DNA of 64,000 nt from Blastocystis sp. Blastoise (GCA_039096225.1 JBBPEB010000006.1:1316665-1380664); one strand, 5' to 3'. Shown: positions 1 through 15,620, counted from the stretch's first letter. The notes: generated by a model not told the origin, from the sequence alone. Numbers and translations: made by a program.

Positions 1-1
1 A

Positions 2-975
2 GGACTAATATCACAACTCATTCTAATTGATGATGAAGAAGAATTCTATAAGCTTATTAATGATTCTTCAATAACAGAGAACCAGAAGAAGCAAATACTC
101 TCACAAAGGGGAAAGAATATGTATAATATAGATCTACCACCTCATGTATCCAGATATGGATACATTGCCTCAAGTTTGGCCGAGTCATTTAATAATCTTA
201 TTAGTGACATAAGAGGAATGTCTATACAGAAGGTATTGTTTGAAATCTATAATCATGCAATTAATTATCAACTGAAAATAAAAGAGGCACCTCATATATC
301 ATTCTTTCTTCCTTACTTTCAAAAAGAGTTTGATATGGCTGATATATTTGTTTCTAATGTGATATCATATAAGAGTATAAATAAGGGTTTATATAGACTA
401 GTAATGGAAGAAGAAAACCGTGAATACATAATTAATTTTGAACAGAATACATGTTCTTGTTCAATTTTTCAATACCAAGGTTATCCTTGTATACATGCTA
501 TTCTTCTATATAAAAAGTATAATAGCAGTGTTTCGTATAATCAACAAGGAATTGACGATTTCAATACTATTGCCAAATACTTCATTCCATATAAGAACCA
601 TATGAATACTTATTATAATTATTATGTAGATAGGTAATGATATATATAATACATATTATATAAATATTTTTTTTTGTTATATATAGAAGAATAGATGATT
701 CATGCTTGAAAGAAGAAAGTCACATAAATATTACAGGACCAAATAATCCAATTCGTAAATCAGGTCGACCATCTAAGTTTAACTATTCTCATATAACATC
801 TTATTATCTGAAAAATAAGTATTGGAAAATAAAGAACAGTATTCCAGCTTTGGAGTGTTTGAATGAGTGTGCAGTTGAAGCTGAAAAAGAGAAATATGAA
901 GAAACTGATATTGCCTCAATTCCTACACTTGAAGATGTAGAATCATCAGAATATAGTTCGAAGAGAAGAAAGTAG
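2..975 (+). CDS. MULE/Mutator-like transposase, C-terminal part with SWIM zinc finger (5' truncated by the window; intron 634-686)
   Basis: Contains SSLAESFNNLI (Mutator catalytic-Glu motif, xESFN), the SWIM finger CSCSIFQYQGYPCIH and KSGRPSK. A GT..AG intron at 634-686 joins ORF 119..637 in frame to ORF 706..975, and the frame is open back to position 2. Confidence 0.8.
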
Positions 976-1274
976 TATTTTTTAAATGATAAGTCTATGT
1001 ATATACTTATTATAATCTATAATACATATTAATTTTTTTACATTCCTAATAATATAAAATATTTTTAATTAATCATATTTAATATAAATGTCTTCTTATT
1101 TATAAGATCATTGTTTTGTTATTGATTCAAATATAATATCATATATGTCGTTGATATTGCAGATATTCATATTAAAGAGACTAAGACTAATAAAAAAGAA
1201 TACTCATCAACGGATATAAATCCAAAATGAAACCAGCTAGAGTAATATGTATTACAAATTATTGCATATGCAAA

Positions 1275-2915
1275 TAAATGAAAGAGGACAAGAATAAGAA
1301 GGAGAAGGAGAAGGACAAGGACAAGGACAAGGAGCAGAAGAAGAAGGATAGGATAAAGATAAGAAGAAGGATAAGGATAAGGATAAGAAGAAGAAGTAGA
1401 AGGAGAAGGATAAAAAGGACAAAGATAAGGATAAGGATAGGAGAAAGAAATGACAAGAAGAACGATAAAAAAAGAGAATGGCAGAAATAAAAGAAAAAGA
1501 AGGAGAAGGAGAAGGAGAACAAGAAGGAAAATAAGAATAAACCAAGAATAAACATAATAAGGAAAACATCAATAGAAGGTAAGGATAAGTAGAATGAGAA
1601 TGATTAGAAGTAGAAGCATAAGAATAATAATACGAAGAAGACGGAGAAAGAGAAGCATATGTGGGAGTAGAAGAAAAAGCATGTGAATAAAAATGGAAAA
1701 AGAAGAAACTAAAAAGAGAATAGAAGGAGAGGATCAAAATATGAATAAGAAGGAGAAGGATAAGAAGGATAAGAATGACAAAGAGAAGGAGAATAAGAAA
1801 GAAAGAACGAGAAAGAGAAGAAGGAAAAAATAAACAGAAGAAGAAAGAGAAGGAGGAGAAGAATGAGAAGAAAAAGAATAGGAAGGAGAATGACAAAAAA
1901 AAACAAGAATGACAAGAATGGCAAAAGGAAAAAGGAGAAGAAGACAAATTATAGAAGGAGGAGAAGAAGAAAAATTATAGAAGAAGGAGAAGAAGAAAGA
2001 TTAAGAAGAAGGAGAAGAAGGAAAAGGAGGAATCAAAAGAAGGAGAAGGAGGAAGGAGAAGAAGATGAAAAAATAAAATTATAAGAAGAAAAAGTAGAAG
2101 AAGAAAGAGAAAGAGAAGAACCACAAAGAAAAGGGGGAGAAGAAAGAAATTATAGAAGTAGAAGAAGGAAAAGAAAAGAGAAAAAGGAGAAAGAGAATAA
2201 GGACAAGAATAAGGTAAAAGTAAAAGTAAAAGAATCAATAGAAGAAAAAGTATGAGAAGAAGAATATTGAAAAGGAGATAGAGAAGTAGACGAATAAGTT
2301 GAGATAAAATGAGAAAGAAGAAGAAATAAAAGTATGGTAGTAGAAACAGAAGTAGAAATAGGTAGAAATAGATGGAAAAGGAAAATGAGAATCAGTAGAA
2401 GAAGAAGAAGAAGAAGAAGAAAATGAGAAAGAGAAGAAGAAGAATGAGAAATAGAATATAGAAATGAAATAGAAGAAACAAGAATGAAAGAAGTAGAAGA
2501 AGAAAAAATAATACTAATAATACGAATGTGAATGAGAATAAGAAGAAGAAATAGAAGAATAGCAATAATGGAATGAAAATGAAAAAAAAAGAAGAAGAAA
2601 GAGAAATAGAAAAAGAAGAACAAGAAGTAGTTGTAATAGAAATGGATGTAGAAGCATAAAAAAGTAGTAGAAGCAAAAGTAGGAGTAAGAGTTGAAGTTG
2701 GAGTACAAGCGAAGTAGAATAGAAATATAAGTAGAAATATAAGTAGAAGAATGAGAAGTAGTATTAGTAATAGTGTAGAAGTCGAAATGGAAGAAAAAAA
2801 TAACAGTAAGTAGTAGTAGTAGAAATATGAGTAGAAGAACAAGTATAAATAGAAGAATAAAGGAAAGAAGGAAAGAAGCTGAAGTAGAAGAAGTATAAGG
2901 AAAAGAAGGTAAATA

Positions 2916-2948
<33 letters not shown>

Positions 2949-5900
2949 TAAGGAAAAGAAGGTAAATATAAGAATAATAATAATAATAGTAAGGAGAAGT
3001 AGTAAAAAAGAAGAAACAGAAGAATAAGGAGGAAGAGGAAATGAGATGAATAAAGAAAAGTAAAAAGAAGTAAAATATTGAGAAATAGAACGAGAAGTAA
3101 AAGAATAATAAAAAACAAACTTTAATAAGTATGGATAGAAGAAAAAGAAAAAGAAAAATAATGAGAAATAGAATAAAGAGATTGAAAATGATAAGAAAAA
3201 GGAAAGCATGAAAGATAATAGGAATGAGAATAAGAAGAATAAGTAGAAGTATAAGGAGGAGTATAAAGAAAATGGAGATAAGGAGTAGAAGCAGAAGGAG
3301 AAGCTAAGGTTGAAGAAAAATAGAAAGGATGATAATAAGAAAGATAAAAGAAATAGAAGGAAAACGAGAGTGTGAAGTAAAATAAGAATAACAAAAATAA
3401 AAAGAAGCAGAAGGAAAACAAGAAGAACTAAATGAAAATGAGGAGAGGAAGAATTTGAAAAAGAAGAAATATAATAAGAAGAATAAGAACAAGAAGAGGA
3501 ATCACAAAAATAAAAAGAAAGATACTACAAATAAAAAGAATACTGAGGAAGACAAAATATAGAGTAAAAAATGATATAGAAGAAGCAGAAGATAGTGAAT
3601 AAGGAGAAGAAGAAGATAAAGTAGAAGAAGAAGTAGATCGAGAAACAGAATAAAGGGAAATGAAAAGTAGAATGAAAATAAGTAAGAAAATAGGAATATA
3701 TAAATAAGATGTAGAAGAAAAATTGAAGCAAAATGAGACGAATTTAGAATAAAACAGAATACGTTAAATTAGAAGAATATGAAGAATAAAAAATGAGAAG
3801 CATACAAGTAGAATAATGAGAAATAGACAAGCCTGTAGAAGAAAGGCAAAAAAAGAAGAATCTGGAAAAAACAAGAATAAGAATAGAATAAGAATAAGAA
3901 TAAGAATAAGAATGGAATAAAAACTGACTGAGAAAGTACTAGAAGTAGTAGAAGTAGTAGTAGTGTAAATAGACTTAGACTTAGACTTAGAAGCAGAAGG
4001 AGAAGCACAATTATGTATGTATAAATAGAAGAAACAAAGTATAAGTAAAATAGGAAAAAGAAAAGGCGAATAGATGAAGTATAATTATAAATATAAATAG
4101 AAGAATGAGAAAGAGAATATGAATAAGAATAGATGAAGTATAATTATAAGTACAAATAGAAGAAGAAATAGAAGAAATAGAAGAAAAATATAATAGGAAT
4201 AAGGAGTAGAATTAAAAGAGTCTAATATAAATAATAATAAAAAGAAGTTATACTAGTATAAGTAGATGTAAAATGATGAATATAAGTTGATAAACAAGAA
4301 GTACTAGAAGTAGAAGAATAAGTAGAAGTAGAAGAAATCGAATTATAATAGAACTAAAATAAAAAGTAGACGAAAAAGAGTAGAAGTTCAAATTGAAGAA
4401 TAAGAATTAATAGTAGTACGAGTACATGTAAAAGGAGAAGTGAACGTAGAAGGAGAAATAGTCATAAGTAGTGGTAGTAGAAGTAAAGAACAAGAAGAAG
4501 AAGAAGAAGGAAAACTAGAAAGTATAAGTAGAACTAGAAGTAGAAAAGAAAGTAGAAGTAGACGTGCATGTATAAATAAAAGTAAGAATAGAAGCACGAG
4601 TACAATGATAAGTAGAATTAGAATAAGAATAAATACTAGTAGAAAGAAATAGGAATAAGAATAATAACAAGTAGTAATAGAACTAGTAGTAGTAGTAGAA
4701 ATTGGAATAAGAATGAAAGTAAGTAATAATATAAGTACAAGTAAACAAAAAGTATAAGTACAAGTAGAAATAGAAGAATAAAGTAATGAATGAAAAAAAA
4801 CTGAAGAAGACGAAGTATAAGGAATAGAATAAGAACAGAATAAAAAAGGAATGAAAATAATAATAATGATGTAAAAACGTGAAAAGAAGGAGAAGAATAA
4901 AGAAAAGGAAGAGAGACTATATAATTAGAAAGAGAATGAGAAGTAAAATAAGAAGAACAAGAACTAATATAAATAGAACGATAATAAGAAATAGAAGGAG
5001 AAGGAGAATATCAAAAAGAGAGTGAGAATGAGAAGAAAAAGGAAAATATGAAAGATAATAGGAATAAGAATAAAAAGGATAAGTAGAAGTACAACGAAGA
5101 GAAAGGAAAATGAAGAGAAGAAGTAGAAGCAAAAGGAGATGATGATGTTGAAGAAAAACATGTTGGAGAATAATAATAAACCACATAAGGAGAAACAAAA
5201 GGAAAAGAAGAATTTGATGTAAAATAATAAGTATATGAAAAAAGGAGAAGCAGAAGGAAAATGAGTAGACTTAAACTGAGAATACATGACAGAGAATTTG
5301 AAAAAGAAGAAATAGGATGAGAATAGTAGGAAAAAGAGAGGAATGAGAATAAGAAATAGAATGACGATACAAATAAGAAGAAGAAAAAGAAAATATAGAG
5401 AAAAAAGATGATATAAAAGAATGAGAAGATAGGGAATAAGAAGAAGATAAAAAGTAGAAGAAGAAGAAGAAGAAGAAGAACCAAAGCTAGAACTAGAACA
5501 AAGAGAAGGAAAAGTAGAAGTTTAAAAAAGAAAGATAATAGGAGAAAAAGTAAGAATTAGAATAAGATATAGAAGGATAGTGAGAAGAATTTGGTGAAAA
5601 TAGAATACGCAAAAGTAGAAGAATATATATAAATAAAAAGTGAGAAGTATACCAGCAGAGTAAGGAGAACTAGACAAGAAAGTAGATACAAGTAAAAGAA
5701 GAATTTGGAGAACAATAAGAATAAGAATATGACTAAGAGAGTAGTAGTAGAACCATAAGAGAAGTATGAATAGATGTAAAAGTATAAATGAAGTAGAAGG
5801 AGAACAATAAGTATGAGTAGAACCATATGTATAAGTATAATGAGAATAAGAATAAAATAAGAAAGATGACAATATGAAGTGTTAGTAGAAGGAAAATGAG

Positions 5901-7620
5901 ATAAATAGTAGAATAAAAAGAAGAATATTAAGGAGAGAAAGTTTAGAAGTGGAAGGAGTACAATAAAAATAAGAATGAAGTGAATAAGAATAGGAATAAG
6001 AAGAATAAAAAGGAGAAATGAAAATAGAAGGAGAAGAAAGAAGATATAAAGGAGAATAATAATAAGTAGAAGGAGAAATAAAAAATAAGTTTAATAAGAA
6101 TGAAAATAAGAATAATAGAATAAATTGAAGATAGAAAAGTATAAGAAAAGAAGGAAGAAGAAGGAAAGTGATAAGATGAAGAATTAGAATAAATAATAAG
6201 AAAATGAAGAATACGAATAAGGAGTATGATAAGCAGAAGTGAATAAAAAGAATGAGAAATGGAAGGACAATACTAATAATAATAATAAGAAAAAGAAGAT
6301 ACAAAAGGAGGAGGAGAAGAATGAAAAAAAGTTAAGGCTAACTAGAAGCAGAATAGTATAAAGATAATGATAATAAGATTGTAGAACAAGAAATAGAAGT
6401 AGAATAAGAAGAGAAATGATTAGGAAGTATAAGTAAAGTAAGAAGAGAAAGATATCATGAATAAGAAGAGAAAGATATCATGAATAAGAAGAGAAAGATA
6501 TCATGAATAAGAATAAGAATAAAAAATGAAGTAGAAATACAAGCAGAAATAGAAGTAGAATAAGAGTGTAAAAATAAGGTGAATAAGAATAAAATGTGGA
6601 AGATGAAGAAGTAGTAAAAGTTGAGTGAATAGTAAAGAGAAATGGAAAGTAGACACTAAGGCTTATGAAATGAAAACAAAGGAATAACACCAGAAATAAG
6701 AAGTAGAATTAGAATAAGAAGGAAATTAAGAATGAAATGCTGAAGTAGAAGAAGAATTAACAGGAGACAAGAATAAGTAGAAGGCGAAGCAGAACGAGAA
6801 TAAGCGTAAAAATAATAATAATTAAAGAATAATATCAATTAAAAGAAGGAAAATAGGAATGAGAAGTAAAATAGAAATTACAATAAAAAAAATAAGTAAA
6901 AGTAACTAGATAAGCAGAATGAAAATATGAATAGTATGATGAAGGGAAAGGAGAATGAGAAAGTCGCATATGAAGGAAAGCGAGAAGTAGCACGAGGATA
7001 GTAATAAAAATAAGAAAGAGAAATTAAAAAATAAGGAGACGTGGAATAAGAAGGAGAAAGTGAGATATATGGAAAAACTAAATAAGAAACAAAATATTAA
7101 GTAAAATAAGAAGTAAAAAAAGAAGTAAAAAAAGAAGTAACAACAATATATGAAAAAGAAGAAGTTGAAGAAGTTGAAGAAGGAGAAGAAAAATAAGAAT
7201 AAGAGAAATATATCTAAGAATAATAAAAAGAAGATGACAATAACAAGGAGAAGTAAATTTACAAGGAGAAAAAAAAGAAAGGAAACATAAGTGAAGAAGG
7301 AGAATAAGGAGAAGTAGAATAAGATGTACAGGTGAAGAAGAATAAGTAGTAGACGTAAAGTAAGAAGAATAAGAATAAGAATGAAAGGATAAGAAGAAGG
7401 ATAAGAAGAAGAAGAAGAAGAATGAAAAGGAAAGGATAATTAGAAGTATAATAATAAAATATAATAGTAGAATTCGTGAAGAGGTAATAGTTATGAAAAC
7501 AAATAAAGAAAAATTAATATCTATACAAAAAAGAAGAAAAAGATGTAGTAAGAAGTGTATTAGAATGAAGAATGAAGAATGAAGAATGAAGAATGAAGAA
7601 TGAAGAATGAAGAATGAAAT
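1275..7620. repeat. Purine-rich (AAG/AGA/GAA) low-complexity tract ending in (GAAGAAT)n
   Basis: The + strand is strongly A/G-biased with very few C. All ORFs here are F/L/S- or R/K-rich artefacts. A 7-mer array lies at ~7563-7618. Confidence 0.85.
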
Positions 7621-10061
7621 TTTGTAAACCAAAAAATTTAATAAATAAAAGAATAATAAATTGCAACTTTCCTAATAGACTAATAATATTTGTAATCAAT
7701 TTTTTGTTTTATAGAAGAAACAATAAAAATACCACTAGGTCTAAAGAATATATAATATTATAAAAATAGAATATTAATAATTATAATATAAAGAAAAAAA
7801 TAACATATATATTATTAATAGTCAGTTAAAACAAACTAACTATATTATTAAATACATATATACCTTAATAAAGACTTGAATCATCGCAATCTGATTCCCA
7901 AGTTGTGCTTAAATACGCTAAGATTCTATAAATAAATACGTAGAATAAATTAATAAAATTAATTAAAGTATAAACATATTAGAAAAACAACAAGATAGAA
8001 AAATAGGAGCTAATTCAATTATAAAAAGTATAATATAAAATTAAAAAAAGATAGGGATGCTATTAGAATGATAGTGATGTATTAATAGCATAGACAAGAA
8101 ATAGATATAGCAAAAAATAAACAAAATGAGAAAAATGAAAAATATCTATATACCTTAGATTCATCAGTATTGTTTACCAAGACCTTTTGAATTGATCTGA
8201 AACCAGATGAAGTTTGTTTTGAGCATATAAACAAGAAATAACCCATTGATCAACTGATTACTATATAAAATTAAATATTTGAAGAGAGTAAACTATATAA
8301 TATATATATTTATAACTAGAAAACATACATAGATTCATTTTATATGCTTATAATGAAAATATATGAAATAAATCAATATTTGATTTTCAAGAAATAACCA
8401 TTCTGAGGATGGAAACAGAGGAAAAACAGCCTAAATAGCGGAATTAATCTCTTCTATAGAAACTTTTTTGGGTTTCAGTGAACAAGTTTTAAAAATAATT
8501 TCTAGAGATTCAAAGTATGGTATAAAAAGTCTTCTTTGATATGGTCCCTATTCTTGGAGTCTTTCAGAATCACTTAAATCTTTGGAAAACCGTATTCAGC
8601 TACGGCTTAAATGAACTCCTAAAAAAGAATATTTTTTAAATATTATTATATGGATTATTTGCTTATTTAGAAGGTTATTTTATTATTTATATTTATATTA
8701 TATTTTATTAGGTAGATTATTATAGATTAGGCTTGAAATGAATCCAGATAATAAACCAATTAGTGATTCATTCTTTCACGTATATACTTATTTGATTTAC
8801 CATTATTTATATAGGTTTAGAAACATGATTTAGAGAGCCCGGTGGAGTTGGCTACAATATTGGAAGAAAACGCAATGATCGGAATTTTCCTCTTTAAGAA
8901 TATTCTTTGGTGTATGTTCTAGTGGTATATTATTTTGTTTTTTGTTTGTATATTTAATTATTTATTTAGGAAATTCAAAAGAAAAAAGTAATTGGTCTCC
9001 ATCTACTAAGAAAATTGATGTCTAGGTCCTTCTTTTGATTTTTATTATTTTATTTTTTTATCAGAAGTATATATTTATGTTATTAATGCTATATTGTATC
9101 TAATTATATAGAAATGGCAAGTGATTATTGTTTTGGAATTTTTGTAACTTTTCGATTTCAGCACAATTATCGAGTCCTTAAAAGTATATAAATATATTAA
9201 ATAATTATTTTTTTCTATAGATATATGGAGTAAATTGATATGGTTATATATACAAAAAAAAATACTAGAAGAATATGGCTAAAAAGTATATATTTTTTTA
9301 TTTTTATATTATTAAAATTATATATATTTGTTTAATTAAATTTGTATATTGTAGTTATTTATTTTTGTTATAACTGAGGCTCTAACATTGATATATGGTT
9401 CAAATATATATATATATATTTTTATTATTTATAAATTCTTAATATTTTATTAATTTATTATATTATTTTTCTATATAGGACTATTAATTATCATTCTTTT
9501 ATTATAGTTTATATATATATATATGTATTATTTATTTTCGATATATTTTATTCTTATTCATATATATAGTATTATTAAGCTATGTACTCATTAGCTTCTC
9601 TACATCAATACTATTATGTGACTAGGTATATTATATATATATTTAATTATTAGCATATTATTTTCTATTACTTCTTAATATATATATATATATATTTATA
9701 TATTAACTAGTATTTTTATATAGAGAATGTGACGTTTCCCTTATGTTATAAACTTCATGGTCATCAATTTTTATATCTAAGGTATATAGTTTTTATATGT
9801 AAGTAATTGTTTTATTGTAGTATATTGTTTCACATTATTTTTATATATTATTCTATTTTCCGTACAATAATTTTTTATTTTTTTTATATAATTTATATTA
9901 TGTACCTATAATTACTAATAATATCCTATTGTTTATATTTCTGTTATTCATGTCTCTATAGTTTTATTAGTTATATAAAAATATAACTAGTAAAACTGTA
10001 ATTACATATATATATTATATAGGTGTTATATAAATATACGAATGTTGCTTTAGTTGAAGAA

Positions 10062-10064
<3 letters not shown>

Positions 10065-10142
<78 letters not shown>
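10065..10142. repeat. (TA)n microsatellite
   Basis: Read directly from the sequence. Confidence 0.95.
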
Positions 10143-10146
<4 letters not shown>

Positions 10147-11032
10147 GTTATAGACTTTTATTGTATTCTTTTTATATTATTATTTTATACATTTTTCTCT
10201 CTATATAACATATTCACAGATATATTTACCAAATATATACTCTTTAGAAAATTGATATATGTTTTATTTTGGAAGTTGATAATATATACTAGAATCAGTT
10301 CATATCAATTGTTTATTCTTAAACTTTATATATATATATATATATTATTTATCAAAGTCAAAGTTATATATAAATAGAATAATGAAGAATTATCTATATA
10401 TAGTGGTCTTTAGTTCTATTACTACATTATTTTTATGTATTTAAGGTATATATAAATATATTATATATATACTTTTATATATACTTATTATATAAATATA
10501 AACTTATAGACTTATATATAGTAATATATCAGTTATCCTTTTATTTTTCTCATGAGTTTTTAAGTATATAGTCTTTTTATCTTATTATATATATAATACA
10601 TTTTTTATAATTGACACAAAAGGTAATATTATTTGTATATATAATTTTATCTCAACTATTCTTCTATTTTATTCTTTTATATCACTTTTTCTTTCTATAA
10701 CTATATTATGTATTATCATTTTATAATATAATTTGTTTATAGTTAATTATGTATATATATGTAGTAACAGTAATAACTCTTCTTTTTATCTCTTTTGTTC
10801 AATTATACTAGTATATTTTCTATGATAATATATATACTTTGTATTTATCTCCTTTTATATATATTATCTATTTATTTTGATACTAATTATATATACACTT
10901 AGTGTTATGTATACTACATTTTCTTTTTGTTTATAATACTATACTAATATCATTTTTATTATATATAGGATTAAGGATATATATAATTGTTTTGAATGAT
11001 TTACTTTTGTATTATGTTAAACCTTATTTTCT

Positions 11033-11075
<43 letters not shown>

Positions 11076-11793
11076 TTTTCTTTATATTTTCCAGCTTTCT
11101 TTTCTATTATATACATTTATACTCACTATAGTGTACTATTATTAATATATATAGTTTGTGAAGATATTAAATAGATTCTACGTAAAGAGTATGTATTTTA
11201 ATTGTTTTAATACATATACATAATATGTTCCTATGTTATATTTAAATATATATATTTTTTACTTTATATATATATTTTTCTCATAATTACATATATGTAT
11301 ATATTCATATATATATATATATAGACTTGGTATTCCCTTAATTAATTCATGCCGTCTTATTCATTCATTTTATATATATAGTCTATAATCAGCTTTTATG
11401 AATTATTACAAATAATGTATACAATCCTTTTGTATGTATTTTATTTATATTTATATAGCTTGCTATGTAGTATTTTCTATTATAACAATATAATGTGTTT
11501 ATTTTATTTATATATATATTAATTTTTTTTTAATCTATATATAGAACGTATCTTTAGCTTATCTTCTATGTTCGTATACAACTTAATATAGATAGTATAT
11601 ATTGTATATATTTATTATATATATTGTTTGCTAATATTCTATTTTTAACTTTATTCTTAATTACATTATATTCTATTGTATATTGAAATAATCTTTTTAT
11701 TCTACATGTTTTTATTATTTAGGTTAGTATTAATAGGTGTAATAGAGTATATATATATATAATTACAATATTTTTATAGTCTCTTTTCTTCAA

Positions 11794-11826
<33 letters not shown>

Positions 11827-11845
11827 TATTCATATAATTAATATT

Positions 11846-11913
11846 CCTTAGACTGAATATGGTCAGTAGCAATCATTAATAGATTGCTATCAGGTTCAAT
11901 TCCTGATCTAAGG
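11846..11913 (+). ncRNA. tRNA-like cloverleaf (linker-less four-way junction), copy 1
   Basis: Stems are CCTTAGA/TCTAAGG, CTGA-atatgg-TCAG, TAGCAATC-attaata-GATTGCTA and TCAGG-TTCAATT-CCTGA (B-box/T-loop). Confidence 0.6.
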
Positions 11914-13434
11914 TTGTATACTATATTTTTTATAAAAAAATTTAAATGTTTTTTCCCTATAGGTATTCTCATTCATTAGAACCAATATGAATAAATACAT
12001 TGAGTTTCATGCAATTGAATCAACTCTATACGTCGTTAGTCGCTCTTTTATAATAATTTTAGATACCTTTACTTAAAACCAAACACATTCACAATTACAA
12101 TCACCCAAAATTATCTAGTCATTATTTTGTTGAGTTATGTATCCTATTCATCAATTTTACACACAAATAAAAAATAAATATTCATCAATAATATCTTGAA
12201 GTCTATAAACACGCAATACATTATTTGTTTATACTCTTAAAAGGCATTTCTACTGTTTATATTAATATGATTGACACTAAGAATCATTTCTAACCAACTT
12301 TAAAAACTTTTGAAGAACCTTAACAAATTTACATTACCTAAAAAACTATTATAATCAACTTTGGCTTATACGAGTCATGATTAAATTTAAATTATTAATA
12401 GAAATTCATAATAAAGGCATTCTATCTCAACATATCACCAAGAGAAATCAATTATGTTTGTAACTTCCCTAAAATTAAATTAATTACTAAAAGACGTATT
12501 TTAATTAATGTAGAATTCAAATTCAAACACACATAAACTCATCATTTCTGACAATTTTACACATTTAGACAATCTAGTGAGTATCACATAATCAACTAAT
12601 TCTTGTTGTCTTCATCAAGTCTAACGATTTCCTTATGACAAGAAGCATCAATTTTATTTTATTCAACACTCTATAAATAATTAATCAATTAACTAATTTT
12701 ATTTACTTAAATACATACTCCAATAACAACAACAAGACATCAGGAGTGAGAATAACTGATTAAACTATTTAAATAAAATAATTAATAATAAAAAGTAGAA
12801 ATATTAGGATTTTAATAATTTTTAATAAGTTAATTTATAGTGAAGTTTCAATAATCATATAAAAAATATGATTAATTTAGCTTTTGTATGTTCTAAGCAT
12901 ATATCTATCTATATATAGTCCCTAGGAGTATATTAGAGTACCTTCCAGTCTCCATTGGCAGATTGATCTAAACTGGTATGTTCTCTTTCTCTATTATGAG
13001 CTAATCTAGGTGATGTAAAGTGGTTGTACTAGATGGTCAGCTATTGTGTCGTGGTTATAAATGGGATGATGTGACGTCACCATATAAAACTATTTCTTTA
13101 GGTTTTATCAATGAGTGGGAAATGCTTGGCTATGTTAACTGAGCGTTGCTTGAAACTTTCAAAAAATCAATTGGTCAAATGTCTAAACAGATTTGTCTTG
13201 AATCATACAGAATCATGATCTATTCACATAATCACTACATCTACAATTCAAATATTCATATTTGAAGTTACTTGGTTTAACTCATATTCTGATTCTAGAT
13301 GTATATATTTTCTACATTTTTTTTATATAAATATAATTATATAATTATATTAATGTTTATATAGGTTGTTATATAGCTATTAAATCTAGTTCTTGCTTTT
13401 CTTGTCACTAAATTCTTGGTTCTTCTCTTTTATG

Positions 13435-13465
<31 letters not shown>

Positions 13466-13619
13466 TATTATTAACTTCTTATGTTTTGATTTTATAATAT
13501 AAATTTCTTAATTTTTGAAAATTATTTCTATTTATACATATTATTAGTTTCTTCTATGTACTTATTTGAAGTTTTTATTAATATTAATTTATGCACTTTT
13601 TTCTTTTTTTTAATTATAT

Positions 13620-13656
<37 letters not shown>

Positions 13657-13759
13657 CTATTTCTATATATATTTGGTTTTCTTTTTGTCTATATTTGCCT
13701 TCTTTTCCATTTTATTCTTATTAATTTCTTTGTTATACTTTATATTTTTCTTATAGTCA

Positions 13760-15620
13760 TCGTGTTGATTCGGGTAATTGTTACTACTATTAATACTACT
13801 CAATATCACATTTCATTATATAATATACCTTTTTTCTTTAGTTCTTACTTATCATTCTCCTTACATTCTTCTTATCTTTCCTTTTTGTGTTCTCCTTCTA
13901 TAATTACATCTTCTCTTCATTTCCACCTCTATATCTTAATCTTCTTGTTCTTCTTCATTTTCTTCTTATGTCATTACTTCCTTTTCATATCTTTCCACTT
14001 CTACTTTTCTATTCGCTATTCCTTTTAATTCTTCATCTAGACGTTCTTTCTATATTCCTTTTTCTTTTATATATCCTTATTCCCCTTCTCCTTTTCTGTC
14101 TCCAATATTCTTTTCCTACTCGTTCTTCTTCATCTATTTATCCTTATGCTTCTATATCTTGTATATACCATTCTTTTGCTTCTCAATCTCAATCTCCTTC
14201 TCTCAATCTCTTCTGTATCTCTTCTTCTTCCTCTTCTTCTATATATCCTTATTCCCCTTCTATATCTTATATATATCTTTATTCTTCTTCTATATCTTAT
14301 ATATATCCTTCATCTTCTATATATCCTTCGTCTTTATATTCTTTTTCTCTCTATATATCCTTCGTATATATATTCTTTTTCTCTCTATATATCCTTCCTC
14401 TGCATTCCTTCTTCTATTTGCCATTATTCTTCTTATACATTTTATCTATATCATTCTCCTCCTATGTTTTCTATTTTTTCTATATATCCTTATTCTTATC
14501 TTTCCTCTTCTATATATCGTTTTTCTTCTATATATCTTATTTTTGCTTCTTCTTCTATATATCTTTCTTCTTCTTCTATTTATTGTTCTTATTCTTCTGT
14601 ATCCTCTATTTATCATTATTTTCCATAGTATTCTTCTACTGTATCTTCTTCTTGTCTCTTTCTTCTTCTTAAATATCTCCTTCTTCTCCTTCTTTTCTTC
14701 TATATCTTCAATATACCTTTCTTTATCTATATATTTTGATGTTCATTATTTCTCTATATATCTTTATTCTCCATATTCTTCCGTATCTTCTTCTTCTTTT
14801 TATGCTTCTCTTTATTCTCCTTCTATATATCTTTCTTTTCCTTCTTTTCCTTCTCAGTCTCCTTCTCTTCATTTTATCATTCTCTTTCTCTCTATCTCTA
14901 TCTCTTTCTATTTCTATATCTTCTATATGTACTTTTTCTTCTTCTTCTTCTATATATCATTATTTTCCTCCTCCTCCTACTCTTCCTTCTTCTTTTATCA
15001 TCATTCTTCTACTTCTTCTATCATTTCCTTCTTCGATTTCGATATCTCTATATATCATTTTTCTCCTTCGTCTTCTCCTTCTTTACTCTTTATATTATTC
15101 TAATTTTATTCCTTTTCATCTATTTCCTCTTTATCTCAATATTCTCTCGATTTATTACACATAATATCAATTATATATATATATATATATAATCTTTTAT
15201 ACTCTTTTTCTTTCATCATATACTATCTTTTTTCCTACATTTACACTTGTACTTCCTATGTGTACTCTACTTATATTTTTATTTCCTTCTTAATTTATTC
15301 TCCCTTGTTCTTCTTCTAACTCTCTTCTCTATCTGTTTTCTCTTCTTCTCCTATACATGACTTTTTATTATCCATCTATCTTTCTTTTCTTCTTACCTTC
15401 TTATCTTATTTTTTACTCGCTTCCTATTCTTATTCTTCTTCTTTATATATATGCTTTTTATTCTCTATCCTATTAACTAACTCCTCCTTCTTCTTCTTCT
15501 CATTTACTTAATATTTTTCTTTTTCCTAATTTATTTTCCTATATTCTTCATATTCATGTTTTCATTTTTTTATATTCAATTCCTATCTTTTATCATCTTA
15601 TATCTATATATATACTTCTC
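13760..15620. repeat. Pyrimidine-rich (CTT/TAT) low-complexity tract
   Basis: Composition; the overlapping F/L/S/Y-rich ORFs are artefacts. Confidence 0.75.

Noticed and set aside
1252-7699. Numerous long F/L/S-rich and R/K-rich ORFs
   Set aside because: They are by-products of low-complexity purine/pyrimidine asymmetry, overlap in all frames and have no motifs. The same applies to 13556-15164 and 48547-49477.
7860-11800. Possible divergent small genes with GT..AG-like segments
   Set aside because: I could not reconstruct a coherent reading frame or recognise a domain.
11846-11913. Canonical tRNA gene (apparent TAA anticodon)
   Set aside because: It lacks the 8-9 linker and variable loop, has an 8-bp middle stem, and the loop sequence is not conserved among copies. 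It is reported as tRNA-like instead.
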